Counted from the first letter of the stretch, positions 44,549 through 53,407 are shown. The stretch is DNA of 64,000 nucleotides from a bacterium (GCA_004298675.1 SCRI01000080.1:6961-70960), one strand, 5' to 3'. Translations and numbers: made by a program. Notes: generated by a model not told the origin, from the sequence alone.

Positions 44549-45250
44549 TTGAAGTTTTCGATCGTCGTCCCCACGTATAACGAGTCCGCAGGCATCGAGA
44601 AACTGGTGCGGCGGCTCACGGAAGTCTTCCAAGGGGCGAACCTCGACGGCGAGATCGTCGTCGTCGACGATAACTCGCCCGACGGAACCGGGGGCATCGT
44701 CGACCGTCTCGAGCACGAGGGACTCCCGGTACGTTGTCTGCATCGTCCCGGCAAGTTGGGACTCTCCAGCGGCGTGATCGACGGCTGGCACTTCGCACGG
44801 CCGGACTCCGAGATCGTCGGCGCCATGGATGCCGACTTCAGCCACGACGAGACGATCCTGCCGCACATGGTGCGGGCTATCGAGTCTGGTGGATTTGATT
44901 TGGCGATCGGCAGCCGCTACGTGCGCGGGGGCGGCATCAGCAACTGGCCCTGGCGCAGGAAGATCACGAGTCTGGTGGCTTGCTGGATGGCGCGGCCGCT
45001 GACGCGCGTGAAGGACATCACCAGCGGCTTCTTTCTCGTGCGCCGCAGCGCGCTCGAAGGCGTGGCGCTCGATCCCATCGGCTTCAAGATCGGTCTCGAG
45101 GTGGTGGTGAAGGCGAAGTACCGGCGCTTCATCGAGATTCCGTACGTATTCACCGATCGCGTCGCGGGCGAGTCGAAGCTCAATTCCAAAGAGATCGTCA
45201 ACTATCTCAAGCAGTTGGGCAAGATGTACCGTGCGAGGTTTGCGCGCTGA
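44549..45250 (+). CDS. GT2 polyprenol-phosphate mannosyl/glycosyltransferase (Dpm1/Ppm1-like)
   Basis: 233 aa with a TTG start. IVVPTYNES...VVDDNSPDGTG...MDADFSHD motifs. Confidence 0.85.
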   Translation: MKFSIVVPTYNESAGIEKLVRRLTEVFQGANLDGEIVVVDDNSPDGTGGIVDRLEHEGLPVRCLHRPGKLGLSSGVIDGWHFARPDSEIVGAMDADFSHDETILPHMVRAIESGGFDLAIGSRYVRGGGISNWPWRRKITSLVACWMARPLTRVKDITSGFFLVRRSALEGVALDPIGFKIGLEVVVKAKYRRFIEIPYVFTDRVAGESKLNSKEIVNYLKQLGKMYRARFAR

Positions 45251-46107
45251 TGCCGTCCGTCGCCGATTGGCTGCGTGGACGCAAGCGTCAGATCGAACGG
45301 CGGGAGCCGGGGCTATGGGTCAAGTGCCCCGGTTGCTCGGAGACGCTCTACCGCAAGGACCTCGAGCTCAACCTGCTGGTCTGCGGGCGCTGCGGTCACC
45401 ACTTCCGCATGCCTGCCGCCGACCGCATCGTCTCGCTGATCGACGGAGAGTTCCACGAGATCGCGGCAGACCTCGAGCCGCGCGATCCGCTGCAGTGGAC
45501 CGACGTGAAGACCTACCCGCAGAAGCTGGCGGCGGACCGCGAGAAGTCCGGCGCGGTCGAGGCGGTCATCGCCGGTTTCGGCTCCATGGGCGGCATCGAG
45601 ATCGGCTTGGCCGTCATGGATTTCTTCTTCCGCGGCGGCACGATGGGAGCCGTGGTGGGGGAGAAGATCGCGCTGCTCTTCGAGGAGTCCGCGCGGCGGC
45701 GCGTGCCCGCCATCGTCTGCACCGCCTCCGGGGGGGCGCGGATGGAAGAGGGGCTGGTGGCGCTGATGCAAATGGCCAAGACGTCCGCGGCGCTCACGCG
45801 TCTGCAGGACGCGCGCCTGCCGTACATCTGCGTGCTGACCGATCCTACGACCGGCGGCGTCTCGGCCAGCTTCGCCTTCGATGCGGACGTCATCGTCGCC
45901 GAGCCCAAAGCGGTGGTGGGCTTTGCCGGACGCCGCGTGATCGAGCAGACGATCCGCCAGCGTCTCCCGGACGATTTCCAGACCGCAGAGTTTCTCATCG
46001 AGCATGGCCACGTCGATCTCATCGTCGACCGGCACCAGCTCAAGGCGCAGCTCGTCCAGGTGCTGAGCATGCTCTTACCGGGCACCGGCGCGGGAGTGCC
46101 CGCGTGA
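45250..46107 (+). CDS. accD: acetyl-CoA carboxylase carboxyltransferase subunit beta
   Basis: ATG at 45250 overlaps the upstream stop by 1 nt. N-terminal zinc ribbon WVKCPGCSETLY...CGRCGHHFR, then the carboxyltransferase fold. 285 aa. Confidence 0.9.
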   Translation: MPSVADWLRGRKRQIERREPGLWVKCPGCSETLYRKDLELNLLVCGRCGHHFRMPAADRIVSLIDGEFHEIAADLEPRDPLQWTDVKTYPQKLAADREKSGAVEAVIAGFGSMGGIEIGLAVMDFFFRGGTMGAVVGEKIALLFEESARRRVPAIVCTASGGARMEEGLVALMQMAKTSAALTRLQDARLPYICVLTDPTTGGVSASFAFDADVIVAEPKAVVGFAGRRVIEQTIRQRLPDDFQTAEFLIEHGHVDLIVDRHQLKAQLVQVLSMLLPGTGAGVPA

Positions 46108-47087
46108 ACGTCATCGTCGAGCGCGAGAAGGGGCTGCTGGAGTTAGAGCAGCGCATCGGCGATCTCAAGGCGCTGAGCGAGCAGCACCCGGAGGCCAGCT
46201 TCGCCGCCGAAATCCGTGCGCTGGAAGAGAAGTACGCCTCGCTGCAGCGCGAGATCTTCGGCAATCTCACGGCCTGGCAGAAGGTACACATGGCGCGCCA
46301 TCCCATGCGCCCGCGTGCTACCGCCTTCATCGCAGCGCTGGATGAGTTCGTGGAGTTGCACGGCGATCGCGCCTTTCGTGACGATCCGGCGGTAATCGGT
46401 GGCATCGGGCGCCTGGAGGGCCGGCGCATCTTAGTGTTGGCGCAACAGAAGGGACGCGACACCAAGGAGAACGTGCGGCGTAACTTCGGCATGGTGCATC
46501 CCGAAGGGTATCGAAAAGGGCTACGGCTGATGCGCTTGGCAGAGAAGTTTTCCTTGCCGATCGTCACGTACATCGACACCTCGGGGGCCGATCCCGGCAT
46601 CGGCGCGGAAGAGCGCGGACAGTCCGAGGCGATCGCACAGTGCATTCTGCAGTTGACGCGCGTGCGCGTGCCGGTGCTGGCGGCGGTGATCGGAGAGGGC
46701 GGATCCGGCGGCGCGTTGGCTTTCGGCGTCGCGGACCGCATCATCATGTTGGAGCACTCGATCTTCTCGATCGCCAGCCCCGAGGGCTGCGCCGCCATTC
46801 TTTGGAAGGACGCCGGGAAGGCGGAGGAGGCCGCCACGCGCCTCAAGCTCACCGGAAGCGACCTCAAGGGCTTGGGAATCGTCGACCACATCGTGGCCGA
46901 GCCGCTGGGGGGCGCCCATCGCGACGTCGATGCGACGGTAACCTCACTCCTGCGCGAGCAGGCAAGCAGCCTCGACGCTTTGGCGATGCTGCCGCTCGAG
47001 CGGCTACTGCAAGAGCGCTATGCGAAGTACCGGCGTATCGGCTCCTGGCAGAGCCAGAGCGATCGGATGGTGCGGGGCGCAACGTGA
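46104..47087 (+). CDS. accA: acetyl-CoA carboxylase carboxyltransferase subunit alpha
   Basis: GTG at 46104 (GTGA overlap). ...VHMARHPMRPRATAFI...GRDTKENVRRNFGMVHPEGYRKGLRLMRLAEKFSLPIVTYIDTSGA... Confidence 0.9.
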   Translation: MNVIVEREKGLLELEQRIGDLKALSEQHPEASFAAEIRALEEKYASLQREIFGNLTAWQKVHMARHPMRPRATAFIAALDEFVELHGDRAFRDDPAVIGGIGRLEGRRILVLAQQKGRDTKENVRRNFGMVHPEGYRKGLRLMRLAEKFSLPIVTYIDTSGADPGIGAEERGQSEAIAQCILQLTRVRVPVLAAVIGEGGSGGALAFGVADRIIMLEHSIFSIASPEGCAAILWKDAGKAEEAATRLKLTGSDLKGLGIVDHIVAEPLGGAHRDVDATVTSLLREQASSLDALAMLPLERLLQERYAKYRRIGSWQSQSDRMVRGAT

Positions 47088-47395
47088 AGACGGCGCGCCG
47101 ATGGGGGCGATTGACGGCGCGCGTGGCCTCGCTGGCCGCGGGGTTGGCCGTGCTCGTCTTGATTGGAGCGCAGTTCGCTCATGCGGTGTCCCTGAACCTC
47201 GATCTGGCGCACCGCGTCGCGGCGGCGCACGCCGAACGCGCGCAACTGGTGGCCGATAGCGCGCGCCTGCGCGAGCGCATCCGCCTGCTGCAGACGCCGC
47301 AAGGCGTGGTCCCTGCCATTCACGATGAACTACGCCTGGTGAGGCCGCACGAGGAGATCATCTACTTGCAGGGAGACTCCGCTGACAAGCAGTGA
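47084..47395 (+). CDS. septum formation initiator family protein (FtsB/DivIC-like)
   Basis: GTG at 47084 (GTGA overlap), 103 aa. One TM helix, a coiled coil, then ...IHDELRLVRPHEEIIYL, typical of DivIC/FtsB. Confidence 0.65.
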   Translation: MKTARRWGRLTARVASLAAGLAVLVLIGAQFAHAVSLNLDLAHRVAAAHAERAQLVADSARLRERIRLLQTPQGVVPAIHDELRLVRPHEEIIYLQGDSADKQ

Positions 47396-47402
47396 CGCTC
47401 CC

Positions 47403-47780
47403 TTGGTGGGCGCGGTCATCAACCTCAATGCCTTCGGCGCCACCGTGCGCTTGCGGGACGGTAGGCTAGCTGCGGCGCTGGCACCGGACGTGCGTCAGCG
47501 CGAAGGGGCCTACCGGCGTGCGTTGTTGGACCGGCGCCCGCGGCATTTCACGCGCGTGGGGGAGGGGGCGCGCGTGGCGCTGACGCTCGTGGAGGACGAG
47601 GAGTCACTGCAACCCGCGCGTGAGGGCGTCCCGGTACTCGTGAACCCTGACCTCGAGCGCAAGATCGCCGAGTACCTCAAACAGACGCAGGAGTGGGAGC
47701 GGCCCGACCAGGCCCCCGCCTTCGAGCGCCATTTACGCCGCAAGTCCAAGCGAGCCGAACGCTTCCCGGAGCGGGCCTAG
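47403..47780 (+). CDS. YabR-like protein with a degenerate S1 RNA-binding domain
   Basis: 125 aa with a TTG start. NAFGATVRLRDG resembles the S1 core. The basic C-terminal tail (LERKIAEYLKQTQEW...RRKSKRAERF) resembles B. subtilis YabR from memory, and the position after the divIC-like gene matches Bacillus. Confidence 0.55.
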   Translation: MVGAVINLNAFGATVRLRDGRLAAALAPDVRQREGAYRRALLDRRPRHFTRVGEGARVALTLVEDEESLQPAREGVPVLVNPDLERKIAEYLKQTQEWERPDQAPAFERHLRRKSKRAERFPERA

Positions 47781-47839
47781 AGCGTGCGCTCAGCCTGCGC
47801 TACCAGGCGCGCGGGCTTTGCAAACCGAATCTCACGACC

Positions 47840-48718
47840 ATGAAGGTGGTGGATAAGCCCGTCGAGGCCGTCAACGTTCCCGGATGCTTCGTTCGTATCG
47901 AGGGCACCTACTCGTCGCTGCGCACCGCCGAGCAGCGCGTGGCCGACTTCATTCTCAAGCATGCCGAGGAGCTCATCCACCTCACCGTCACCGAGCTGGC
48001 CGAGCGTACCCAGACCAGCGAGTCGACGGTCGTGCGCCTGTGCCAGAAGATCGGCTACAAGGGCTACCAGGAGTTCAAGATCATGCTGGCCCGCGATCTC
48101 GTGGGTCCTGTCAGCTCGATCTATGAGGAGATCGCCCCCACCGACTCTCTGCGCACGATCAAGACCAAGGTTTTCCAGGCTAACGCACAGGCGTTGCGCG
48201 ATACGATCGAGGTGCTATCGGACGAGGAACTGGAGCGGGCCGTTAGCGCCATCGCCGGCGCGCGGCGGGCCGAGTGCTACGGTATCGGCGGCAGCGGACC
48301 GCTGGCCTACGACGCCTATCACAAGTTCATGAAACTCGGCATCTCAGCGGTGGCGCTGGTCGACTCGGACTTGATGGCGATGTCCTCCTCGCTGCTGCAA
48401 CCCGGCGACGTCGCCTTCGGCATCAGCCACACCGGCGCGTCGCGTGACGTCGTGGAGGCGCTGCGCCACGCCAAGGACAACGGGGCCACGACCATCTGCC
48501 TGACCCACCGCGCCACCTCTCCCATCACGAAGGTGGCCGACATCCGGCTCTTCACGGCCGCCAAGGAGACCGCGTTTCGCAGCGATGCGATGACTAGCCG
48601 GCTCGCCCAGCTCTCGATTATCGACACGCTCTATCTCGGCATTGCGCTGCGCGATTACGAGCGCTCGCTGAAGATGATCCAGCGTACGCGTGAGGCTGCG
48701 GCCGCCAAGCGCTATTGA
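47840..48718 (+). CDS. RpiR/MurR-family transcriptional regulator (HTH + SIS domain)
   Basis: Start at internal ATG 47840. AEQRVADFILKH...LTVTELAERTQTSESTVVRLCQKIGYKGYQEFK, then a SIS domain (CYGIGGSG...). Confidence 0.85.
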   Translation: MKVVDKPVEAVNVPGCFVRIEGTYSSLRTAEQRVADFILKHAEELIHLTVTELAERTQTSESTVVRLCQKIGYKGYQEFKIMLARDLVGPVSSIYEEIAPTDSLRTIKTKVFQANAQALRDTIEVLSDEELERAVSAIAGARRAECYGIGGSGPLAYDAYHKFMKLGISAVALVDSDLMAMSSSLLQPGDVAFGISHTGASRDVVEALRHAKDNGATTICLTHRATSPITKVADIRLFTAAKETAFRSDAMTSRLAQLSIIDTLYLGIALRDYERSLKMIQRTREAAAAKRY

Positions 48719-49653
48719 GAGCGCCAGCCGCCGGCAGCCTGCGGGCTCTGCTCTCCATCGGCACCAACTCCACCCGCTTGCTGCTGGCTAAGCGTTCCAA
48801 TGCAGCGTGGATCACCGTCAGCCAGGCCCGCCGCGGCACGCGCTTGGGGCAAGGGCTGGGGCCGCGCGGAATGTTGCGCGACGATGCCATCGCTCGTACC
48901 CTCGCCGCCGCCGTTGAGTTCGTGGCGCGTGCCCGGGAGAACACGCCGCAGATTCGTGCCATTGCCACCAGCGCCATGCGCCGCGCGCGCAATGCGCGCG
49001 CGCTGAGCGCGGCGTTGGAGGCGCGCACCGGTCTGCAGCTCGAGATCATCCCGGGTGAGGAGGAGGCGCGCTATTCGTTCGTCGGTGCGCTAGCTGGGCA
49101 CGGCGAGGGGCTCAGCGCTGGCGCGCGCGTGGGGGTGCTCGACGCCGGCGGCGGGAGTACCGAGTTCGCGGTTGGCGCAGGTGCGCGTTTGGAGCGCTCG
49201 CGCTCGTTTGAGATCGGAGCGGTGCGCCTCACGGAGGAGACGCCGCTGCGCGCGGATCCGCCGCCGCCGCACGCCCTGCCGGCGGCGCGCGAGCGCGCGC
49301 GGGCGGCGCTGGCCGGGATTGCGGGGTTGGGCGCCGGGGTCGTGCGGCTGATCTGCGTCGGCGGTACGGCCACGACGTGCGCCGCGATGCTCAGCCTCGG
49401 AGCGCGCGAGGCGGAGCGCGTCGATGGCATGACGCTGGCGCGCGCGGAGCTCACGGCGCTGGCGGAGCGGCTCGCTCCGCTGCGGGTCTCCGAACGCTGC
49501 GCTGTTCCGGGGCTACCGGCACAGCGCGCCGACATCATCGTGGGCGGATTGATCGTGCTGGAGCAGGCTCTGGAGGCGCTCTCCATCGAGCGTGCGATCG
49601 TCTCGGTGCACGATCTGCTGCTTGGTTACGTCATCGACGGCTGGAAGGCGTGA
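48715..49653 (+). CDS. Ppx/GppA-family phosphatase (exopolyphosphatase-like)
   Basis: 312 aa, TTGA overlap with the upstream stop. LLSIGTNSTRLLLA...IATSAMRRARN...LDAGGGSTEF motifs of the ASKHA Ppx/GppA fold. Confidence 0.85.
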   Translation: MRAPAAGSLRALLSIGTNSTRLLLAKRSNAAWITVSQARRGTRLGQGLGPRGMLRDDAIARTLAAAVEFVARARENTPQIRAIATSAMRRARNARALSAALEARTGLQLEIIPGEEEARYSFVGALAGHGEGLSAGARVGVLDAGGGSTEFAVGAGARLERSRSFEIGAVRLTEETPLRADPPPPHALPAARERARAALAGIAGLGAGVVRLICVGGTATTCAAMLSLGAREAERVDGMTLARAELTALAERLAPLRVSERCAVPGLPAQRADIIVGGLIVLEQALEALSIERAIVSVHDLLLGYVIDGWKA

Positions 49654-50018
49654 GCGTTGAGCAGCTGCTCTTCGTCTACGGCACGTTGCGCCGGGGGCGG
49701 GAGCATGCGCCGCGGCTGGAGCGTGCGCGCTTCGTGGCGCGAGCCACGGCGCGCGGACGTCTCTACCTCTGCCACTGGCCGGCGTTCGTGGACGGCGCAG
49801 GCTTCGTGGTGGGCGAGCTCTACGCCGTAGACGAGGACCTCTTGGCGCTGCTCGACGCCTTTGAGGGCGAAGGGTGCCTCTACGCACGCGAGCGGCGCGA
49901 GGTGCGCGACGAGTACGGCGGACGCCGCGACGCCTGGCTCTACCGCTGGCTTGGCTCCGTCGACGGGTGTCGCCCTATTCCTAGCGGCGACGTCAGCCGC
50001 GTCCGCTCGGTTCCGTGA
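49650..50018 (+). CDS. gamma-glutamylcyclotransferase (AIG2/GGCT-like)
   Basis: GTG at 49650 (GTGA overlap), 122 aa. LFVYGTLRRG...GELYAV...LDAFEG family pattern. Confidence 0.75.
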   Translation: MSVEQLLFVYGTLRRGREHAPRLERARFVARATARGRLYLCHWPAFVDGAGFVVGELYAVDEDLLALLDAFEGEGCLYARERREVRDEYGGRRDAWLYRWLGSVDGCRPIPSGDVSRVRSVP

Positions 50019-50019
50019 T

Positions 50020-50197
50020 TTGTCGCGGGCAGACGCTGAAGCGAGCAGCGCGCGTAAAGCCACGCCGTACCAAGCCGCGATGTCGATGCTCAACTTCTAC
50101 GTCAACCGCGCGGGGAGGCAGCTCTGCAAAGAGCGCCGCGACGTGCTCGAGCGCGCGAAGACTCGAATTGCGCAAGGTCTTCGAGCGCACGCCGTAG
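50020..50197 (+). pseudogene. remnant of a DUF3175-like gene (5'-truncated, frameshifted near 50161-50164)
   Basis: One frame reads ...ARKATPYQAAMSMLNFYVNRAGRQLCKERRDVLERAK. The next frame continues ELRKVFERTP*. Together they resemble the DUF3175 C-terminus as I remember it. Four nt (ACTC) sit where one codon is expected. Confidence 0.35.
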
Positions 50198-50246
50198 CCG
50201 CGTCAACGCGGCAGGGCGGCGGCGAGGCCTCGCCAAAGCAGGCTGC

Positions 50247-51047
50247 GTGGACGCAGGCACGCAGCGGCTGACCGTCGATGGCCGCGAACTCGAATTGCTC
50301 TGGATTCCCGGCGCGCGGGAAGACGCGCCGGCGCTAGTCTTTCTTCACGAAGGCCTGGGGTCGGTGCAACTCTGGAAGGATCTGCCGCAGCAGTTGGTAG
50401 AGGCCACCGGTGCCGGGGCGCTCGTGTATTCCCGTTATGGGAACGGCTTCTCAGCCGTGCTGCAGGAGCCACGCGATCCGCGCTACATGCACCACGAGGC
50501 GTTGGTGGTGCTGCCGGAGTTGCTCGAGCGCGTGGGATTGCGGGAGCCGGTGCTGATCGGTCATAGCGACGGCGCCTCGATCGCCGTCGTGCACGGCGCG
50601 GAGCACCCGGTGAGCGGGCTGGCGCTGGAGGCGCCGCACGTCTTCGCGGAAGAGCTTTCGCTGCGCAGCATCGCGGCCATTCGCGAGCCGTATGCGAACG
50701 GCGGGTTACGCGAGCGCATGGCACGCTATCACACCGACGTCGACAAGACGTTCTACGGCTGGAACGACGTCTGGCTCTCCCCGGCGTTCCGAGATTGGAA
50801 CATCGAGCGTTACGCCGCGCGTATCATTGCGCCGATGCTGCTAGTACAAGGCGCCAGCGACGAGTACGGCACCCGCGCACAGTTGGAGGCCATTCGCCGC
50901 GCGAGCCTAGGCGCCGTCGACGAGCTGCTCCTGTCAAACTGCGGCCATGCTCCCCATCGCGATCGTCCCGAGCTCGCACTGCCGGCGCTGGCCGCCTTCG
51001 TGCGCGCGTGTCTCTCTCGACGCTCGCTCAGCGCCGCAGGACGCTAG
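50247..51047 (+). CDS. alpha/beta-fold hydrolase
   Basis: 266 aa. LVFLHEGLGS oxyanion region, nucleophile elbow GHSDGAS and a C-terminal GHAPH. Confidence 0.85.
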   Translation: MDAGTQRLTVDGRELELLWIPGAREDAPALVFLHEGLGSVQLWKDLPQQLVEATGAGALVYSRYGNGFSAVLQEPRDPRYMHHEALVVLPELLERVGLREPVLIGHSDGASIAVVHGAEHPVSGLALEAPHVFAEELSLRSIAAIREPYANGGLRERMARYHTDVDKTFYGWNDVWLSPAFRDWNIERYAARIIAPMLLVQGASDEYGTRAQLEAIRRASLGAVDELLLSNCGHAPHRDRPELALPALAAFVRACLSRRSLSAAGR

Positions 51048-51084
51048 TCCCCTCTCGTAGCCGGACCGCTCCGGGCCAGGCCTC

Positions 51085-51158
51085 TACCCCCGGTGGGATT
51101 CGAACCCACACTACGACGATTTTAAGTCGCCTCTCTCTACCGGTTGGAGTACGGGGGC
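51085..51158 (-). tRNA. atypical tRNA: anticodon UAA (Leu by anticodon), Leu-type D-arm, 5-nt variable loop, no encoded CCA
   Basis: The reverse complement is GCCCCCG-TA-CTC-CAACCGGTAGA-GAG-A-GGCGA-CTTAAAA-TCGTC-GTAGT-GTGGG-TTCGAAT-CCCAC-CGGGGGT-A, 74 nt. The T-arm is canonical, with U8, G18G19 and A73. G1 pairs with U72, and G28 with U42. Confidence 0.75.
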
Positions 51159-51180
51159 GCGAGTGCGGAACTGCGCGGGG

Positions 51181-51459
51181 TTAGTCTACTCCGATGTCCC
51201 AGAGCAGCCCCAAGTCGCGCTTCGAGAAGGAGCGGAAGGCGATCAGCGTCTCGGTGGCCATGATACCCTCGAGTCCGGCCATCTTCTCGGTCACGAGTTC
51301 GTTGAGCGCTTCGTGTTCCTTCACGCGCGCGATTACCACCAGGTCGTAGGGGCCGGCCACGCTGTAGACTTCAGCGATCCCGTCGATCTCGAGCATCTCG
51401 TCGGCCAGCGGTTTTACGCGTCCGCGCTCGACGTTCATCAGAATGATTGCGGTCACCAT
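51181..51459 (-). CDS. stand-alone Lrp/AsnC ligand-binding (RAM) domain protein
   Basis: 92 aa. MVTAIILMNVERGRV...IAEVYSVAGPYDLVVIARVKEHEALNELV is the AsnC_trans_reg fold, and no HTH is present. Confidence 0.8.
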   Translation of the reverse strand: MVTAIILMNVERGRVKPLADEMLEIDGIAEVYSVAGPYDLVVIARVKEHEALNELVTEKMAGLEGIMATETLIAFRSFSKRDLGLLWDIGVD

Positions 51460-51638
51460 CGCGGCGGGCTCTTCCCTTTGCGCGCGGGGCCAACCTCCGT
51501 CTTCGCAGCGAGGCAGCGCGCCTGCGCCGCGGCTGCTTCTAGAGAAGGGGTGCCTTTAGGGGTGGCGAATCGCAGGCCGGTTCGCCCATTGCTGGGCGAC
51601 ATCCAACAGTCGTCTACTATTCTGGAGGCAGTGGATCC

Positions 51639-52427
51639 GTGAAGATCGTGGTCACGGTCAAGCTCGTGCCCGACCCTAACGCCGAAAAGAAGATCGACGC
51701 TGGGTCCAAGCGGCTCGTGCGCACCGGCATTGAAACCGTGCTCAATCCCTATGACGAGTATGCCATCGAAGGGGCGCTGAAGATCAAGGAATCGCTCGGC
51801 GGCGATACGACCGTGACGATCTTCTCCATGGCCCCCGCGGCATCAAAGGAAGTTCTGCGCAAGGCGCTGGCGATGGGTGCCGACGATGCCGTGTTGCTGA
51901 CGGATCCTGCACTTGAAGGCAGCGATGTCCGGGGCACCGCCTATGCGATGGCGCAGGGGATCAAGCAGACCGGCTTCGATCTCGTGATCTGCGGCGGCTT
52001 GGCCGACGACGGTAGCACCGGCGGCGTGCCGGGCGCGCTCGCGGAGTATCTCGGCGTGCCCGGGTTCACGAATTGCCGTCAGGTCGAGGTCGCGGGCGGC
52101 ACATTGAAGGTGCAGCGTGAGACCGACTCGGGCTACCAGGTGGTCAGCGGGCCGCTGCCGGCATTGGTCAGCGTGACGATGGCCATCGGCGAGCCGCGCT
52201 ACGCCTCGCTCAAAGGCATCATGGGGGCGAAGAAAAAGAGCATCGCCACGCTGGCATTGGCCGCACTGAGCGTCGACGGCGCCGTCGGCGGTGACGGCGC
52301 GAAGACCGAAGTGCGAGCCGTGGCCGCGCCGCCCGTCCGCGAAAAGGCGCGTGTGGTCGAGGCCCCCGACGGCGCGGCCGGCGCGCGTGCCATCTTCGAT
52401 TTGCTGAAAGAGAAGAAGCTCGTCTGA
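51639..52427 (+). CDS. etfB: electron transfer flavoprotein subunit beta
   Basis: 262 aa, GTG start. MKIVVTVKLVPD...LNPYDEYAIEGAL...DLVICG family pattern. Confidence 0.9.
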   Translation: MKIVVTVKLVPDPNAEKKIDAGSKRLVRTGIETVLNPYDEYAIEGALKIKESLGGDTTVTIFSMAPAASKEVLRKALAMGADDAVLLTDPALEGSDVRGTAYAMAQGIKQTGFDLVICGGLADDGSTGGVPGALAEYLGVPGFTNCRQVEVAGGTLKVQRETDSGYQVVSGPLPALVSVTMAIGEPRYASLKGIMGAKKKSIATLALAALSVDGAVGGDGAKTEVRAVAAPPVREKARVVEAPDGAAGARAIFDLLKEKKLV

Positions 52428-53407
52428 TGCGTAACGTCATGATCTTTGCGGAGCACAAAGCCGGTCAGACCCGTAAAGTTACTTTTGAGCTCGCCACGGA
52501 GGCGCGCGCCCTTGCCGACGCCCTGGGCGGAACGGCGCAGGCCGTGGTCCTGGGCAAAGGGGCAGGCGAACTCGCACAGCGGCTCAAGGCCTATCCCCTC
52601 GATACCGTCCTGGTAGCCGAGGATCCCGATGTGGACGCCTACCTGCTCGACCCGGTGGTCGACTACCTGGAGGCTGCGGCCAAAGCCGCCGGTCCCTCGC
52701 TGATCCTCGTTCCCAACACGCTCTACGGGCGCGACGTGGCGGGGCGCCTCACGGCGCGCTTGAACGCGGGCCTCGCTGCAGACGTCACGCAGTTCAACGT
52801 CGAGGGCGGCACGGTTGGCTGTGTGGCCCCCAAGCTGGGTGGCGCGGCGATTACCACCTGCGTCTTCAAGAATACCGATTACGGCGTCGTAACCGTGCGC
52901 CCCAGCGCCTTCAGCGCGCAGCCTGGGGGGGCGGGCGCGGCGATCGCACCGCTCGAGAAGCCGGCTGGGAAGACCTACGCCATGAAAATCGAGCAGGAGG
53001 TCGAGGAGGCTTCCGGCGAGATGGGCCTGGAGGAGGCTCCCGTCATCGTGAGCGGCGGACGCGGCCTGGGCGGCCCGGAGCCGTTCGAGACCCTGCTCAA
53101 GCCGCTGGCCGATGCCTTGGGCGGCGCCGTCGGCGCCACTCGCGCCGCCTCCGACGCAGGCTGGGTTCCGTATAGCCTACAGATCGGGCAAACCGGCAAG
53201 ACGGTCTCGCCGCAGCTCTACATCGCCTGCGGCATCTCCGGCGCGATTCAGCACAAGGTAGGCATGCGTACGGCTGGAACCATCGTAGCGATCAACAAAG
53301 ATGCTGCGGCCCCGATCGGCGAGTTCTCGGACCTGCTGATCGTCGGCGATCTTTTCCAGGTCGTCCCCGAGTTGACGAAGCTCGTCAAAGAGAATGCCTC
53401 GGCCTGA
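52427..53407 (+). CDS. etfA: electron transfer flavoprotein subunit alpha
   Basis: 326 aa with a 1-nt overlap with the etfB stop. C-terminal FAD-binding motif QIGQTGKTVSPQLYIACGISGAIQH. Confidence 0.9.
   Translation: MRNVMIFAEHKAGQTRKVTFELATEARALADALGGTAQAVVLGKGAGELAQRLKAYPLDTVLVAEDPDVDAYLLDPVVDYLEAAAKAAGPSLILVPNTLYGRDVAGRLTARLNAGLAADVTQFNVEGGTVGCVAPKLGGAAITTCVFKNTDYGVVTVRPSAFSAQPGGAGAAIAPLEKPAGKTYAMKIEQEVEEASGEMGLEEAPVIVSGGRGLGGPEPFETLLKPLADALGGAVGATRAASDAGWVPYSLQIGQTGKTVSPQLYIACGISGAIQHKVGMRTAGTIVAINKDAAAPIGEFSDLLIVGDLFQVVPELTKLVKENASA

Noticed and set aside
49861-50271. 136-aa plus-strand ORF spanning the GGCT 3' end to the hydrolase 5' end as a real gene
   Set aside because: Its 5' half overlaps the GGCT gene out of frame and is Ala/Ser/Thr low-complexity. 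Its 3' end overlaps the hydrolase start. Only the central roughly 50 codons look protein-like, and those are better explained as the DUF3175-like remnant.
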